Shown here: positions 37,612-39,511 of the stretch, piece by piece
How positions within the stretch are numbered: position 1 is the first letter of the stretch
Layout: each line of letters opens with the position of its first letter
Source: Candidatus Aerophobota bacterium
GTDB lineage: Bacteria; Aerophobota; Aerophobia; Aerophobales; B47-G16
DNA: 39,511 nt
Assembly: GCA_003648815.1 (NCBI GenBank)
Contig: QMPZ01000003.1
Location: 1 to 39,511 of the forward strand
Reading direction: 5' to 3'
Notes under the pieces: generated by a model
The model's input: the letters and a program-made list of their open reading frames with translations, nothing else
Databases searched by the model: none
What the model was told of the DNA's origin: nothing
Made by a program: the position numbers and the translations under genes

Positions 37612-38286
37612 TCAGCGGGCAATTATACACCTTAGCCGATCTCCCGTATTCTGAGCATGGTCAGCTACAGATCCCACTTCTCCCATTATTCGCATCAATA
37701 AAAGTACCGAAGTGGGATCCATTTTATCTTCCAGAGAAAATAATTTCTTGGCAGCTTTTTGTTGAAGCAGGTCCGCCTCAAACTCCTTTTTATCCACATC
37801 TTTAATTAAACTGGAAATTTTCTCCTCCTCACTTCTCGAAAAAGAACTCTGGGACAAAACCTTTATCTCGGAAGTCACATTTTCCAGCGCTTTTACGGTC
37901 TCCCCTACCTTGTTGACCAGTTCCATAAGCTCCTCCTTCAAATCCTGAGGCACGGAAGTTTTTCTCATCTCGATTAGCCTCGCCACATCCTCTACAGAGT
38001 CAGCTATGGCATCTTCTTCTCTGAGAAATCGCAGAATATCTGAGCGGTCCACCGGCATAAAGACATGATGAGGCAGGTGTTCCCGAATCTCGTTCTTTAT
38101 TATATCCGCCTCATGCTCTAATTTGGATATCCTCTCCACCCTTTCCTCGATCAAAGTCCTATCTCCCAAGATAAAGGCCTCTATTAAAGGCTTTAACATG
38201 TCTGTGCATTCCTTAACCTTCAACATATGCCTGTGTAAGGCCTCAAAGGGAGACTGCCAGAATAATCTGGCGATGATATTCTTCAA
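37612..38286 (-). CDS. DUF47 / TIGR00153 PhoU-like Pit accessory protein
   Basis: LEHEADIIK, FMPVDRSD, EFEAD, VADHAQNTGDRL; adjacent to pit. Confidence 0.9.
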   Translation of the reverse strand: MKNIIARLFWQSPFEALHRHMLKVKECTDMLKPLIEAFILGDRTLIEERVERISKLEHEADIIKNEIREHLPHHVFMPVDRSDILRFLREEDAIADSVEDVARLIEMRKTSVPQDLKEELMELVNKVGETVKALENVTSEIKVLSQSSFSRSEEEKISSLIKDVDKKEFEADLLQQKAAKKLFSLEDKMDPTSVLLLMRIMGEVGSVADHAQNTGDRLRCIIAR

Positions 38287-38306
38287 TCTTCCTCACCTCC
38301 CTCAAT

Positions 38307-39026
38307 TTATTCAGCATCCTCTATTTCTTCGAGGATTTTCTCGAGGACCTTTCCGGGATCTTCCGCCTCCAGCACAGGACGCCCTAAGACCAAAAAGTCA
38401 GCTCCTCTTTTTACTGCCTCGGCGGGAGTCATCACCCTGCGTTGATCGCCTTTTTTCATCCCTTTCGGCCTTATCCCGGGAACCACCAGGAGGATATTCC
38501 TTCCAAAGGCTCTTCGCAAGCTCTCAAGCTCCTGTGGAGAGCTAACTACTCCATCCAGACCTGCTCCTCTGGCCAATCTGGCAAGATGGAGGACCTCCTC
38601 CCTTAAACTCTTCTCAATCCCCAACTCCCTCCTTACCGCAGAAGAGTCTAAGGATGTGAGTATGGTCACTCCAATAGCTTTAATCTTCGAATTTTTCTCC
38701 TTAGCGGCCGAAGCTGCCCTTCTCATCATCTCTGAGCCTCCCAGGGTGTGCACCGTGAACATATCCACTCCCATCTCCCCCACGACCTGGGCTGCCTTCT
38801 CCACCACAGAGGGAATATCGTAAAACTTTGCATCGTAAAAGACCCTTGCTCCTTCCCTTTGAATGATCTCTATGATCTTCGGCCCGTATCTGGTAAAAAC
38901 TCGAGGTCCTACCTTAAAAATTCCCACGAGCTCACTGAGCTGACGCACTAAGACCCTTATCTTTTCCACGGTATCCACGTCCAAAGCCAAGATTAACCTT
39001 TCCTTCGCTGGAATAATTTTCATCAC
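38307..39026 (-). CDS. pyrF: Orotidine-5'-phosphate decarboxylase
   Basis: LILALD, FKVG, DAKFYDIP (DxKxxD), VTILTS, PGIRP, DQRR, GRP. Confidence 0.96.
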   Translation of the reverse strand: MMKIIPAKERLILALDVDTVEKIRVLVRQLSELVGIFKVGPRVFTRYGPKIIEIIQREGARVFYDAKFYDIPSVVEKAAQVVGEMGVDMFTVHTLGGSEMMRRAASAAKEKNSKIKAIGVTILTSLDSSAVRRELGIEKSLREEVLHLARLARGAGLDGVVSSPQELESLRRAFGRNILLVVPGIRPKGMKKGDQRRVMTPAEAVKRGADFLVLGRPVLEAEDPGKVLEKILEEIEDAE

Positions 39027-39039
39027 CCTCCTGTTTCAG

Positions 39040-39511
39040 TTAAATTTCCTCCCAGAAAAATAGCTGTTCATAAGGCTTGCCTTTCTCCTCCTCTTCCAGG
39101 GCCGGATAAAATCTTCCATCTAAGGTGATGAAATTGCGAGCTCGGGAGATCACCACTCCGGTTGCCCTCAGCTCCTCCAACTTTTTAAACTTACCTTTCC
39201 TCCTACCTTCCACTATTCTGCGAGCAGAAAGTCTTCCGATACCCGGAACTCTTATGAGCTCCTCAAAGTCAGCCTTGTTTATCTCTATAGGAAACCTATC
39301 CGGATTTCTTAAGGCCCAGCCAAGCTTGGGGTCGTATTCCTGGGGAAGATTACCATCCTCATCAAAGGGAAGCTCCTGAGGAGTAAATCCGTATTTCCTC
39401 AACAGAAAAGCGGCCTGATAAAGTCTGAACGCACGAAGAGGCGGACAAGGGGGCACTCCTTCAAGAGGAGTTCCAATGATGGGCATGAAAGCACTATAAT
39501 ACACCCGATGC
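39040..39511 (-). CDS. Putative DNA modification/repair radical SAM protein, C-terminal part with HhH (5' partial)
   Basis: Frame open to the window edge (..HRVYYSAF), RLYQAAFLLRKYGF, DPKLGWAL, FPIEIN, RVPGIG. The CxxxCxxC motif would lie outside the window. Confidence 0.85.
   Translation of the reverse strand, partial: HRVYYSAFMPIIGTPLEGVPPCPPLRAFRLYQAAFLLRKYGFTPQELPFDEDGNLPQEYDPKLGWALRNPDRFPIEINKADFEELIRVPGIGRLSARRIVEGRRKGKFKKLEELRATGVVISRARNFITLDGRFYPALEEEEKGKPYEQLFFWEEI

Overview
Gene-dense bacterial chromosome segment, probably from an anaerobe (Nfn transhydrogenase, ATP-dependent activase fusion); the lineage cannot be fixed from sequence alone. Positions 1-25.5 kb are all on the minus strand, in transcription order: a 1385-aa CoA-activase/reductase fusion resembling PlsA/Ger ether-lipid synthases, a degenerate flavodoxin, a membrane TPR protein, a catabolic-looking block (TIM-barrel isomerase, two Zn-dehydrogenases, M55 peptidase, RadC, nucleoside hydrolase), lysS-ilvE-ilvC-ilvN-ndk-DUF1015-dprA-topA-xerC-hslV-hslU, and nfnA-nfnB. 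A divergent dcw cluster (mraZ to ftsW) follows and ends in a CYTH gene instead of murG. It converges on a radical SAM/HhH-pyrF-DUF47-pit block. No rRNA, tRNA, CRISPR array or transposase was seen. Best leads: the putative ether-lipid synthase module head-to-head with the dcw operon; a ~180-bp nested inverted-repeat element (MITE or ncRNA) upstream of nfnA; a heptamer repeat tract between mraY and murD; and promoters that repeatedly show 16-bp spacers. All calls come from reading motifs by eye, with no database searches.
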